DNA from: Chloroflexota bacterium
GTDB lineage: Bacteria; Chloroflexota; Limnocylindria; Limnocylindrales; Limnocylindraceae
Length of the DNA: 33,080 nucleotides
Direction: 5' to 3'
Assembly: GCA_041177405.1 (NCBI GenBank)
Contig: JBEDBF010000004.1
Span: 1 to 33,080, forward strand
Shown here in pieces: positions 8,848-17,500 of this stretch. A program made the position numbers and the translations under genes. The notes beneath the pieces were generated by a model. It made no database searches. It was not told the DNA's origin and saw only the letters and a program-made list of their open reading frames with translations. Each line of letters opens with the position of its first letter. The first letter of the stretch is position 1.

Positions 8848-10146
8848 CTAGCGCCGCGCGGCGACGGCCGCTGCAGCCTCGGCGAAGATGCGCACTGCGG
8901 TTGAGATCTCTTCGGCGTTCACCACCAGTGGTGGGCTCATGCGCACGCCACGGTCTCCGCACGTTAAGACGAGAAGTCCGCGTTTGAACGCCTCAACCTC
9001 AACATCTGCCGCCGCGTCTGCGTCCACGAAGTCCACACCGATCATCAGACCAATGCCACGGATATCGGTGACGATGCTGCTCCCCTTGAGGGCAGCCGTA
9101 AGCCCGTCAACCGCCTCTTTGCCGCGCGCCACCGCGTTTTCCATCAACTTCTCATCGCGGATCACTTCAAGGGTAGCGATCGCGGCGGCGGCGGCGACAG
9201 GATTCCCGCCGAACGTCGAGCCGTGCGAGCCTGGCTTCCAACGCATCCAGTGCTCCTTCGCAATCACCGCACCGATCGGCATGCCGGAGCCGAGCCCCTT
9301 CGCCGTGGCAACGATGTCTGGCTCGATGCCGAAGTGTTCGATCGCCCACATCTTGCCGGTGCGACCAACGCCCGACTGAACTTCGTCAACGACGATCGCG
9401 ATGCAGTACTTGTCAGCGATCTGCTTGAGGCGCGGGAAGAAGTCCTTATCTGGGACCACATAACCGCCCTCGCCCTGCACGGGCTCAACCACGAACGCAG
9501 CGATCTCGTCGCCTGGGATGGTGCGCGCAATGATGCGCTGTTCAAGTTCATCGAGTCCATCACTACCGAACGGAACATGAAGGAAGCCCGGGGCGAGCGG
9601 ACCAAAGTGAGCGTGGTACTTCGCCTTCGAGTTGGTGAGCGTCAGTGCGCCCAGTGTGCGCCCATGAAAGCCGCCGACGAATCCAACGATCCACTGTCGG
9701 CCCGACATGTATCGCGCCAACTTGATCGAGGCCTCAACCGCCTCGGTTCCTGAATTCTGCAGAAGAACCTTCGATGGCCCCTTCCATGGTGCCGACGCGG
9801 CGAGTGCACTCGCGAGCTCCTGGTAGCGCTCTTCATAGAAGTCCGATGCGCTGTAGTGAATGAGTCGCTGCGCCTGCTGCACGATCGCGTCGACCACGCG
9901 CGGATGGCAGTGGCCCGTGGAGTTCACGGCGATGCCGGCACAGAAGTCGAGGAAGACATTCCCGTCCTGATCCTCAACCCCCATCCCGAATCCGCGCACT
10001 GGCGCGAACGGATAGGCGCGCGGAAGGCTGTTCGAGACCACTGCCTGGTCGGCGGCAACCTGGGCGAGCGCCTTCGGGCCCGGCACCTCAGTGACGAGGT
10101 GGGGCAGGCTCGCCGGCCACGCCTGTGGCTTCTCGATCACGGTCAT
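8848..10146 (-). CDS. Class III aminotransferase, 4-aminobutyrate/5-aminovalerate (GabT/DavT)-like
   Basis: PGPKA, FLDFCAGIAVNSTGHCHP, NSGTEAVEA, EPVQGEGGY, DEVQSGVGRTG, TAKGLGSG and HGSTFGGNP. GAGGAGG RBS. Confidence 0.92.
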   Translation of the reverse strand: MTVIEKPQAWPASLPHLVTEVPGPKALAQVAADQAVVSNSLPRAYPFAPVRGFGMGVEDQDGNVFLDFCAGIAVNSTGHCHPRVVDAIVQQAQRLIHYSASDFYEERYQELASALAASAPWKGPSKVLLQNSGTEAVEASIKLARYMSGRQWIVGFVGGFHGRTLGALTLTNSKAKYHAHFGPLAPGFLHVPFGSDGLDELEQRIIARTIPGDEIAAFVVEPVQGEGGYVVPDKDFFPRLKQIADKYCIAIVVDEVQSGVGRTGKMWAIEHFGIEPDIVATAKGLGSGMPIGAVIAKEHWMRWKPGSHGSTFGGNPVAAAAAIATLEVIRDEKLMENAVARGKEAVDGLTAALKGSSIVTDIRGIGLMIGVDFVDADAAADVEVEAFKRGLLVLTCGDRGVRMSPPLVVNAEEISTAVRIFAEAAAAVAARR

Positions 10147-10182
10147 TGCAGCCTCCTCTGGATACGAACTATCCGAAGTGTA

Positions 10183-10205
10183 TACGAGGGGGTAGGCCCC
10201 TCGTA
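10183..10205. terminator. Perfect 9-bp stem-loop inside the operon, between ALDH and the aminotransferase
   Basis: TACGAGGGG-GTAGG-CCCCTCGTA. Confidence 0.45.
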
Positions 10206-10239
10206 ACCCCTCCCGCGTGCGTAACGCCGCTTCGGGAAC

Positions 10240-11805
10240 CTATCGAACGATCGTCTGGCTCTGCTCTCGCAGGTACTGCGGCACGTAGTAGAGCCCGCCG
10301 CCGGACTTCCCTGTGGTCCCCGACTTCTTCCAACCACCGAACGGCTGGACCATTGGCCAGGCACCCGTGGTTGAGCCGGCGCGGCGATTCACGTAGATCA
10401 CGCCGCCATGAATCGTGTCTAGGAAGGTGCGAATCTCCTTCTCGTCTTCGGTGAAGCAGCCCGCCGTGAGGGCGTATTCGCTCTCGTTCGCACGTGCGAT
10501 CCCCTCTTCAAACGAGTTCACCTTGGTCACCGCAACAAACGGAACGAAGAGCTCATCTTTGAAGAGTCGATGTGTTGCAGGGAGGCCGCTCACCACCGTC
10601 GGTGCTACGTAGAATCCCTTCGCAAGCTCGCCATCGGTCAGTCGACCACCACCAACCTCGATTTTCCCGTCGCGCTTCGCCTCATCGCATGCGGCGAGGA
10701 AGGTGTCGACGGAGCGCTGATTGATGATCGGTCCAAGGAAGATGCCGCGAACCGTTGGGTCGCCCACCTTCAGTGCCTTCGTCTTCTCCACAAGGAGTTT
10801 CACAAACTCATCGTGCACCGAGGCTTCGACGTAGACGCGGCTATTGGCCGAGCACTTCTGCCCACCGAGCCCGAACGCGGAGCGCACCACGCCCTCTGCC
10901 GCCTTCTCAAGATCGGCGTGCTTCGAGACGATCGTTGGGTTCTTCCCGCCCATCTCAACAATGACTGGCTTTGGATAGGTCTTGGCAAACGAGCGGAAGA
11001 CCTGCATTCCAACTTCGGATGATCCCGTGAAGGTGATCCCCGCAACATCTGGATTCTCCTGAAGCTCGGCGCCGACGCTGTCGCCAGGTCCCATCACCAT
11101 GTTGAAGACGCCGTCAGGAATTCCCGCATCCTTGATGGCGCGCGCCAGAAGGACCGCGGAGAGTGGTGCGTCAGAAGATGGCTTCAACACCACGGTGTTG
11201 CCCGCTACAAGTGCGCCGCCAACCGGACCGCCCATAAGCGCAAACGGGAAGTTGAATGGACTGATCACCGCCCACACGCCGTACGGCTTCAGTACGGTGA
11301 GCGTCTCTACCTTGGCATCGCCAAGATTCCCCATTGGGTGTCGATAGCCCTTGTTTCGCTCTACCTCACTCGCATAGATGCGGAAGAAGTCAGCCGTCTC
11401 CTCAACGTCGCCGAGCGCCTCCAGGCGATTCTTCCCCACTTCAATAGAGAGAAGCGCTGAGTAAAGGAACTGTCGGTCACTGATCAGCTCTGCCGCGGCA
11501 CGGATCAACTTGACGCGATCCTCCCAGGGGCGTGAGGACCAGGCGGGGAAGGCGGCTTTCGCCGCTGCGATTGCACTCTTTGCCGTGCTGCGATCACCCT
11601 TCGCAAACGTTCCAACCACGGAGCCATCGATTGGTGTGCGCTTCTCAAAGGTTGGGCCATCGGTGAGCCACTGGCCGTTGACGAAGTTTCCGTAGCTCGC
11701 CCCAAGGAGGGTGCGCGCTTCAGCGAGTCCCGCCTCATACCCCTTATGGATCTCCTCGTTGGAGTCGGAGAGGGTGGCGTACGTGATCTTCAACTTCTCA
11801 GCCAT
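10240..11805 (-). CDS. Aldehyde dehydrogenase, P5C-dehydrogenase (PruA/RocA)-like subfamily
   Basis: ISPFNFP, FTGSSEVG, VEMGGKN (catalytic Glu), GQKCSA (catalytic Cys) and QPFGGWKKSG. Confidence 0.93.
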   Translation of the reverse strand: MAEKLKITYATLSDSNEEIHKGYEAGLAEARTLLGASYGNFVNGQWLTDGPTFEKRTPIDGSVVGTFAKGDRSTAKSAIAAAKAAFPAWSSRPWEDRVKLIRAAAELISDRQFLYSALLSIEVGKNRLEALGDVEETADFFRIYASEVERNKGYRHPMGNLGDAKVETLTVLKPYGVWAVISPFNFPFALMGGPVGGALVAGNTVVLKPSSDAPLSAVLLARAIKDAGIPDGVFNMVMGPGDSVGAELQENPDVAGITFTGSSEVGMQVFRSFAKTYPKPVIVEMGGKNPTIVSKHADLEKAAEGVVRSAFGLGGQKCSANSRVYVEASVHDEFVKLLVEKTKALKVGDPTVRGIFLGPIINQRSVDTFLAACDEAKRDGKIEVGGGRLTDGELAKGFYVAPTVVSGLPATHRLFKDELFVPFVAVTKVNSFEEGIARANESEYALTAGCFTEDEKEIRTFLDTIHGGVIYVNRRAGSTTGAWPMVQPFGGWKKSGTTGKSGGGLYYVPQYLREQSQTIVR

Positions 11806-11857
11806 GGATCCATCCTTATCTACTTGTGGCGCAAGAGGCGCGCCGCTCCCCGCGAGT

Positions 11858-12340
11858 CTACTCCCCCGCTATCGCTCTCGGTGACGACGAACCCTGGGCT
11901 GAAGCGCAACGGCGGCAGAGCCCCTGCAGGGAGAGGTGGTCCAGGTCGGCACTGAAACCGGTCGCCGTTGCAATCGCCTTCATGATCGGTGCCGCAGCGT
12001 CGGCATCCAACTCCTGCTCCGCTCCGCAGCCCCGACAGTGAAGGTGGCCGTGCTCCAGCGTCTCTTCCAGGTGATACGTCTCGCGACCGTCTGGTCCGTG
12101 ATGGTGCCGCGCAAGGCCGAGCTCTTCAAGAAGATCGAGCGTGCGGTAGACCGTGGATGGGGTCGCACTCGGATCCTGCTCGCGGACGCGCTCCACCAAC
12201 TCGGCCCCCGTGGCGTGCCCGTCGGAGGCGGCGAGAACCTCCACGATGATCTGGCGCTGCTCGGTCCACCGCTGTCCACGCTCCTTGAGCGCCGCCTGCA
12301 GTCGCTCCGTTAGCCCTGGGGTCGCTTGCTGCTTTGCCAT
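11858..12340 (-). CDS. nur: Fur-family metalloregulator, Nur (nickel)-like
   Basis: RWTEQR, STVYRTLDLLEELGL, HGHLHCRGC and LCRRC. RHHHG and HLSLQG match the His70/His72/His126 nickel site of Streptomyces Nur. It is divergent from a Nik transporter. Start moved to the ATG at 12340. Confidence 0.8.
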   Translation of the reverse strand: MAKQQATPGLTERLQAALKERGQRWTEQRQIIVEVLAASDGHATGAELVERVREQDPSATPSTVYRTLDLLEELGLARHHHGPDGRETYHLEETLEHGHLHCRGCGAEQELDADAAAPIMKAIATATGFSADLDHLSLQGLCRRCASAQGSSSPRAIAGE

Positions 12341-12361
12341 GCGGTGAGGATAGGGGATGCT

Positions 12362-12381
12362 TATTGCAACATGTTGCGATA
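12362..12381. promoter_or_regulatory. Palindromic operator (candidate Nur box) between nur and nikMN
   Basis: TATTGCAACA|TGTTGCGATA is symmetric at 9 of 10 positions and overlaps the nikMN -10 (TAGACT, 12380-12385). Confidence 0.7.
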
Positions 12382-12391
12382 GACTCACGAC

Positions 12392-13342
12392 ATGCGTCCG
12401 ACCCTGCACATCCCTGACGGTTTCCTCGCTCCGGAGGTTTCAATCGCGCTCTGGGTGGTGACCGCGGCTGTCATCGCCGTGGCTCTGCGACGGATCTCGA
12501 CCGATCTCAACAAGGCGCCAGCACGCACGGTGCTGATGGGCATTGCGGGGGCATTCATCTTTGCCGCCCAGATGTTCAACTTCCCGGTTGCCGCCGGAAC
12601 GAGCGGCCACCTTCTCGGTGGGGTACTTGCTGGGGTGTTACTCGGTCCATGGGCGGGGAGCATTGTGATGGCAACGGTGATTGGGATCCAAGCACTCCTC
12701 TTTCAGGATGGCGGCCTCCTCGTCCTTGGGGCGAACATTTTCAACATGGGCGTCATCGGCACGCTCGGCGGGTCTCTCATCGCGCGCGCAACATCCGAAG
12801 TGCTCGGCGGAGGCCGGAAGGGCCAGTTTGTTGGCGTCGGTTTTGCAGCGTGGCTCTCGGTGATGGCCGCGGCGGGACTCACCACGCTGCAGCTCGGACT
12901 CTCGGGAACCACTGATATAGGAATCGGACTCCCCGCCATGCTAGGGACCCATGCACTGATCGGCGTTGGCGAGGCACTGATCACCATTGGCGCGATTGGA
13001 TTCATCAGCGCGAGCGCGCCGGACATCTTGAGCGCGCGCGCCTCGACAAAAGGCGCGTCCGCTTCACGTCGAATCGCACTCGGATCGGTCATTGCCGTCA
13101 TCACTGTGGGTCTTGCCAGCCTCTTTGCGTCGGCGAGTCCAGATGGGCTCGAGCGCGTCGCAGAAGATCTAGGTTTTCTAGACCAAGCGGAAGGGCCAGC
13201 GTTCGAACTGTTCAGCGATTACACGATCCCAGGGCTTGACGGCACCGCCTCTACGATCGCTGCTGGTGTTGCTGGCGTCGCTATTGTGGTCATCATCCTT
13301 CTTCTACTCGGGAGAATCGCGGCGCGACGCCGCTCGGCGTAG
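12392..13342 (+). CDS. nikMN: ECF Ni/Co transporter S component NikM/CbiM fused to a PDGLE (NikN) domain
   Basis: HIPDGFL, FAAQMFNFPV, GTSGHLLGG, FQDGGLLVLGANIFNMG and C-terminal ASASPDGLERVAE. Confidence 0.92.
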   Translation: MRPTLHIPDGFLAPEVSIALWVVTAAVIAVALRRISTDLNKAPARTVLMGIAGAFIFAAQMFNFPVAAGTSGHLLGGVLAGVLLGPWAGSIVMATVIGIQALLFQDGGLLVLGANIFNMGVIGTLGGSLIARATSEVLGGGRKGQFVGVGFAAWLSVMAAAGLTTLQLGLSGTTDIGIGLPAMLGTHALIGVGEALITIGAIGFISASAPDILSARASTKGASASRRIALGSVIAVITVGLASLFASASPDGLERVAEDLGFLDQAEGPAFELFSDYTIPGLDGTASTIAAGVAGVAIVVIILLLLGRIAARRRSA

Positions 13343-13345
13343 CAG

Positions 13346-14122
13346 ATGATCGCAACCGGTCGCCAAGATGCGCGCGCGGCGATCATCGCCACGCTCCTGG
13401 TCGCCCTCGGCGTTGCACTCCTCCCAACGGGAAGCTATCTCGCCAATCTGCTCGTTTGGCTCGCGGTGGCCACCGTTGCTGCACTCAGCGGGATTGCGCC
13501 CACGCAGCTCGCGCGACGCGCGCTCGTCGCGCTCCCGTTCGTCGTTGCAGCGCTCCCCCTCCTGTTCACGCGGAGCGACGAGATCATCTGGTCGGGAGCT
13601 ATCGGTAGCGCAAGCCTCAGCGTCAGCGGCTCGGGGCTGCGGATTATCTTGACGACAGCACTCAAAGCATGGATCTCGGTACAGGTTGCGCTGATCTTGG
13701 TCACGCGCTACCCGATTGAAAGCATTGTCAGCTCACTGCGCGCACTGAATCTCCCCGACACAATCGCCACGAGTGCCGGCCTCACTATTCGCTACCTCGA
13801 CTTACTCCGCAGCGAGGCGACGCGGATGTTGCGCGCACGTTCGTCACGTTCTGCAAGTCCGCTGGGAGAGTCGCGTGAGCGCGCTGGCGGGTCAATCCCG
13901 TGGCGAGCGCGAGTCACTGGCAACCTTGCCGGTGCACTCTTCTTGCGTGCATATGCACGCGCTGCACGCGTTGAGGAGGCCGCGACTGCGCGCGGTGCGC
14001 GCGGCTCCCTCTCGTTCGGCGGACTGCAGCAGACTGACCCGCGCATCCTCCCAAAGACGATCCTCGCCCTGGTCGCATTTGCCGCAATCGGCGTCGCCGG
14101 CGCACTTCTGCCAAGGTTCTGA
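13346..14122 (+). CDS. nikQ: ECF transporter T component NikQ/CbiQ
   Basis: Multi-TM protein with TIRYLDLL..EATRM..ARSSR and LFLRAYARA..EEAATARG motifs. It sits between the M and O genes. Confidence 0.88.
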   Translation: MIATGRQDARAAIIATLLVALGVALLPTGSYLANLLVWLAVATVAALSGIAPTQLARRALVALPFVVAALPLLFTRSDEIIWSGAIGSASLSVSGSGLRIILTTALKAWISVQVALILVTRYPIESIVSSLRALNLPDTIATSAGLTIRYLDLLRSEATRMLRARSSRSASPLGESRERAGGSIPWRARVTGNLAGALFLRAYARAARVEEAATARGARGSLSFGGLQQTDPRILPKTILALVAFAAIGVAGALLPRF

Positions 14123-14123
14123 G

Positions 14124-14921
14124 ATGAGCGCCGCACAGGGTCACAGCCACTCGCACGGCGGCCTCCCCGCTGCACATGCGCATCCGCATGCCCACGAGAG
14201 TGAGCCGACCGGTGATGACCACTGGGTGCACCTCGAGCACCTTCACTTCAGGTACCCAGATGGCACCGAAGCGCTCCGCGGCATTGATATGCACATCGCG
14301 CGCGGCGAGAAGGTGGCGCTCCTCGGGCCGAACGGTGCAGGGAAGAGCACGCTGATGCTGCACCTCAACGGCATCTACCGACCAACGCATGGAAGTGTTC
14401 GTGTTGCAGGGATGAACGTGTCGGATGAAACGATTGGCCGTGTGCGTGCCGAGGTCGGACTCGTCTTCCAGGACCCAGACGATCAACTCTTCTCGCCGAC
14501 CGTCTGGGAGGACGTCGCCTTCGGTCCAATCCACATGGGGCTTGATGCGAGTGCGGTGCACGACCGTGTGGAAGCTGCACTCGCCGCTGTCGGCGCACTC
14601 GACCTTGCCACTCGACCCCCAATGCGACTCTCCATTGGTCAACGAAAGCGCGTCGCGCTCGCCACCGTCCTCTCCATGCAGCCGAGCATCCTTGTCTTTG
14701 ACGAGCCGTCAGCGGGACTCGACCCTCGCGGTCGTCGGGAACTCATCGAACTGCTCAATACGCTGAGCCAGACGCTCATCGTCAGCACGCACGATCTTGA
14801 ACTGGCACGCGCCGCCTTCCCGCGCAGCATCGTCATGGGCGGTGGACGCATCGTTGCCGATGCTCCTACCAGTGAGCTCCTCAACAATCAGGCGCTGCTG
14901 CTCCAGCACGGACTCGCGTAA
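14124..14921 (+). CDS. nikO: ECF ATPase NikO/CbiO with His-rich N-terminus
   Basis: Walker A GPNGAGKST, VFQDPDDQLF, LSIGQRKR, FDEPSAGLDP and STHD. Start moved to the ATG 1 nt after the nikQ stop. Confidence 0.93.
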   Translation: MSAAQGHSHSHGGLPAAHAHPHAHESEPTGDDHWVHLEHLHFRYPDGTEALRGIDMHIARGEKVALLGPNGAGKSTLMLHLNGIYRPTHGSVRVAGMNVSDETIGRVRAEVGLVFQDPDDQLFSPTVWEDVAFGPIHMGLDASAVHDRVEAALAAVGALDLATRPPMRLSIGQRKRVALATVLSMQPSILVFDEPSAGLDPRGRRELIELLNTLSQTLIVSTHDLELARAAFPRSIVMGGGRIVADAPTSELLNNQALLLQHGLA

Positions 14922-14931
14922 CGAAGCGGCC

Positions 14932-16215
14932 TCACTCGGCGGTGCGCGGTCCTTTTGCGGTTCGGGCGGCGCGCAACTCTGCAATGCGATCGCGAAGCAG
15001 CGCTTCTGCGCCACTTCCTGAAGGATCGTAGAAACGCTTCTCGCGGATCTCGTCTGGCAGATACTCCTGTGCAAGGTCGAACGGTTCGCCAACCGAGTGT
15101 GGTGTCTGATACGTCTTCGCTGCGGCACGCAGGTGCCCTGGGACTGGGAGCTGTCCCGCCACTGCGATCTGTTCGCGTGCGGCGGCGAGCGCCTCGCCAG
15201 CGCGCGGTGATTTGGGCGCTGAGGCGAGATACGTCACCGCCTGGGCAAGCGCGTAGTCGCACTCGGGTGATCCGGCAAGTTCCACCACCTGCGCCGCTGC
15301 AACCGCGAGCGGGAGTGCGGCGGGATCTGCGTTCCCCACATCTTCGGAAGCCGAGACGAGTAAGCGTCGCGCAATGATGCGCGGATCTTCGCCGCCTTCA
15401 AGTGCTGTGGCGAGCCACCAGATGGCCGCGTCCGGATCGTTTCCGCGAATGCTCTTGATCAGCGCCGATGTGACACCCGACTGGTCGTACGGGAGGCTTC
15501 GATCCTGCGCGGCGAGCAGCACCTCGTTCGGCGTCACCGGCTTCCCTGCCGCTGTCATCAGTGCGGCAAGCTCAAGCAGTGTCAGCATGCGTCGCGCATC
15601 TCCTGCTGCAAACCCGATCAACTGACGACGCGCATCGCCGTCAACGGAGACCTTTCCACCGAAGCCACGTGCATCCTCAAGCGCGCGCTGCAACAGGGTG
15701 GCGAGATCCTCTGCGCTGAGGGGTGCCAGGCGGTAGGTGCGCATGCGCGAAAGGAGTGCGGGCGAGATGGCGCGTGGCGGCGGCTCCGTGGTTGCACCGA
15801 CCAAGATGATCGTCCCGGCTTCCACATGCGGGAGGAGCGCATCCTGCTGCGTGCGACTGAATCGATGTAGCTCGTCAATGAAGAGGAGCGTCTGCTCGCC
15901 GTGCGCACGGCGCTCCGCCGCAGCGGCGACCGCCTTGCGCACCTCGGCCACGCCGTCACTTGTTGCGGAGAGGCTGGTGGGGACGGCGCGAACCGCGGCG
16001 GCGATCACCGCCGCAAGCGTCGACTTGCCAGAGCCTGGTGGCCCCCAAAGGAGTATCGATGGTGTCTCGCCGCGTTCCAGGAGTCGGCGAAGGGGTGCGC
16101 CAGGTCCAATGAGTGCCTCTTGGCCCACCACTTCATCAATCGTGGCCGGTCGCATCCGCGCGGCGAGCGGTGCGGCGGGGGCGAGGGCTCCGAGAAGCGT
16201 TGCATCGTTGCTCAC
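14932..16215 (-). CDS. rarA: Replication-associated recombination protein RarA/MgsA (AAA+)
   Basis: PLAARMRP...VGQ, LWGPPGSGKST, FIDELHRF...QQDALLP, SALIKSIRGNDPDAA and ASEDVGNADP. GTG start at 16215. Confidence 0.93.
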   Translation of the reverse strand: MSNDATLLGALAPAAPLAARMRPATIDEVVGQEALIGPGAPLRRLLERGETPSILLWGPPGSGKSTLAAVIAAAVRAVPTSLSATSDGVAEVRKAVAAAAERRAHGEQTLLFIDELHRFSRTQQDALLPHVEAGTIILVGATTEPPPRAISPALLSRMRTYRLAPLSAEDLATLLQRALEDARGFGGKVSVDGDARRQLIGFAAGDARRMLTLLELAALMTAAGKPVTPNEVLLAAQDRSLPYDQSGVTSALIKSIRGNDPDAAIWWLATALEGGEDPRIIARRLLVSASEDVGNADPAALPLAVAAAQVVELAGSPECDYALAQAVTYLASAPKSPRAGEALAAAREQIAVAGQLPVPGHLRAAAKTYQTPHSVGEPFDLAQEYLPDEIREKRFYDPSGSGAEALLRDRIAELRAARTAKGPRTAE

Positions 16216-16264
16216 ACCCCGATCATCGCACCCCATCCGCCTCAGTCGGGTACGCTGCCCGCAG

Positions 16265-17479
16265 ATGCCCACATTTGCCGATTTGAACCTTGCCCCTGAA
16301 CTCTTGCGCGCGGTTGCTGCTGAGGGATATACCGAGCCCACCCCAATTCAAGAGCAGGCGATCCCGCACGTCCTCCAGGGTCGCGACCTTCTCGGTGCGG
16401 CGCAGACTGGTACGGGGAAGACCGCCGCCTTCGTCCTCCCCATCATGCACCTGCTGAAACCCTTCGCCACGCCATCACCGAGCCCTGCGCGTCACCCTGT
16501 CCGGGCGCTCGTCTTGACGCCGACGCGTGAACTCGCCGTACAGATCTCCGAAAGCTGCACCACGTACGGCAAGCACCTTCCACTTCGCAGCGGCGTCGTC
16601 TACGGAGGCGTGCCGATGCCGCCGCAACAGAAGATGCTCTTGGCCGGCGTGGAGATTCTCATTGCAACGCCAGGTCGACTCCTTGATCACGCCGGCTCAA
16701 AGACGGTGAACCTCTCGCAGGTCTCCATTCTCGTCCTCGACGAGGCGGATCGCATGCTCGACATGGGCTTCATGCCGGACTTGAAGCGCATCCTTGCGCT
16801 GATCCCAAAACGACGACAGAGCCTCCTCTTCTCCGCCACCTTCTCCGAGCCAATCCGCGCACTCGCCCACGACTTCCTTCACGACCCAGTCACGGTCGAG
16901 GTGGCACGTCGCAATCAGACCAACGAGAACGTGCGCCAGATCATCATGCCGGTGGACGATCGGCGCCGCCGCGCACTCCTGAGCGACCTACTCAAGACGC
17001 GCGACTGGGATCAGACGCTCGTCTTCGTGAATAGAAAGGTCGAGGCGAATCGTCTCGGCGACTTCCTGCATCGCGACGGACATAACGTGGTGGAGATTCA
17101 CGGCGACAAGGATCAGAAGCAGCGCAACAAGGCGCTCGCCGCATTCAAGGCGGGTGAGGCGCGCGTGATGGTCGCAACCGACGTCGCCGCGCGCGGTCTG
17201 GACATTGAGGCGCTCCCGGCCGTGATCAACTACGAGCTCCCCTTTGATCCAGAGGACTACGTGCACCGCATCGGCCGCACCGGACGTGCGGGCGCGCTTG
17301 GCGAAGCGATCAGTTTCGTGGCACCAGATGAAATGGAGAAGCTAACCCTCGTCCGCAAGCTGACCAAGGCGGCACTCGCGATTGAGATCCCCGTTGGCTA
17401 CGAACCGATCCTGCTCGACTTCCCGCGCGACCTCATCGCCAAGGCGCAGATGGTGCGCCTACAGCGAGGCCGCCGCTAA
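16265..17479 (+). CDS. rhlE: DEAD-box RNA helicase (RhlE-like)
   Basis: Q-motif PTPIQ, AQTGTGKT, PTRELA, TPGRL, DEADRMLDMGF, SAT, ARGLD and HRIGRTGRAG. Start at ATG 16265 (MPTFADL). Confidence 0.93.
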   Translation: MPTFADLNLAPELLRAVAAEGYTEPTPIQEQAIPHVLQGRDLLGAAQTGTGKTAAFVLPIMHLLKPFATPSPSPARHPVRALVLTPTRELAVQISESCTTYGKHLPLRSGVVYGGVPMPPQQKMLLAGVEILIATPGRLLDHAGSKTVNLSQVSILVLDEADRMLDMGFMPDLKRILALIPKRRQSLLFSATFSEPIRALAHDFLHDPVTVEVARRNQTNENVRQIIMPVDDRRRRALLSDLLKTRDWDQTLVFVNRKVEANRLGDFLHRDGHNVVEIHGDKDQKQRNKALAAFKAGEARVMVATDVAARGLDIEALPAVINYELPFDPEDYVHRIGRTGRAGALGEAISFVAPDEMEKLTLVRKLTKAALAIEIPVGYEPILLDFPRDLIAKAQMVRLQRGRR

Positions 17480-17500
17480 GCGCTACTCATCGCCGGCGCG

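Noticed and set aside
13773-14123. Long N-terminal extension of the ABC ATPase (382-aa ORF)
   Set aside because: It is an out-of-frame overlap with nikQ. The ATG at 14124 is the coupled start.
15737-16341. Apparent 600-bp head-to-head overlap of rarA and the helicase
   Set aside because: This comes from longest-ORF calling. The real starts at 16215 and 16265 each have a -10 box and leave a 49-bp gap.
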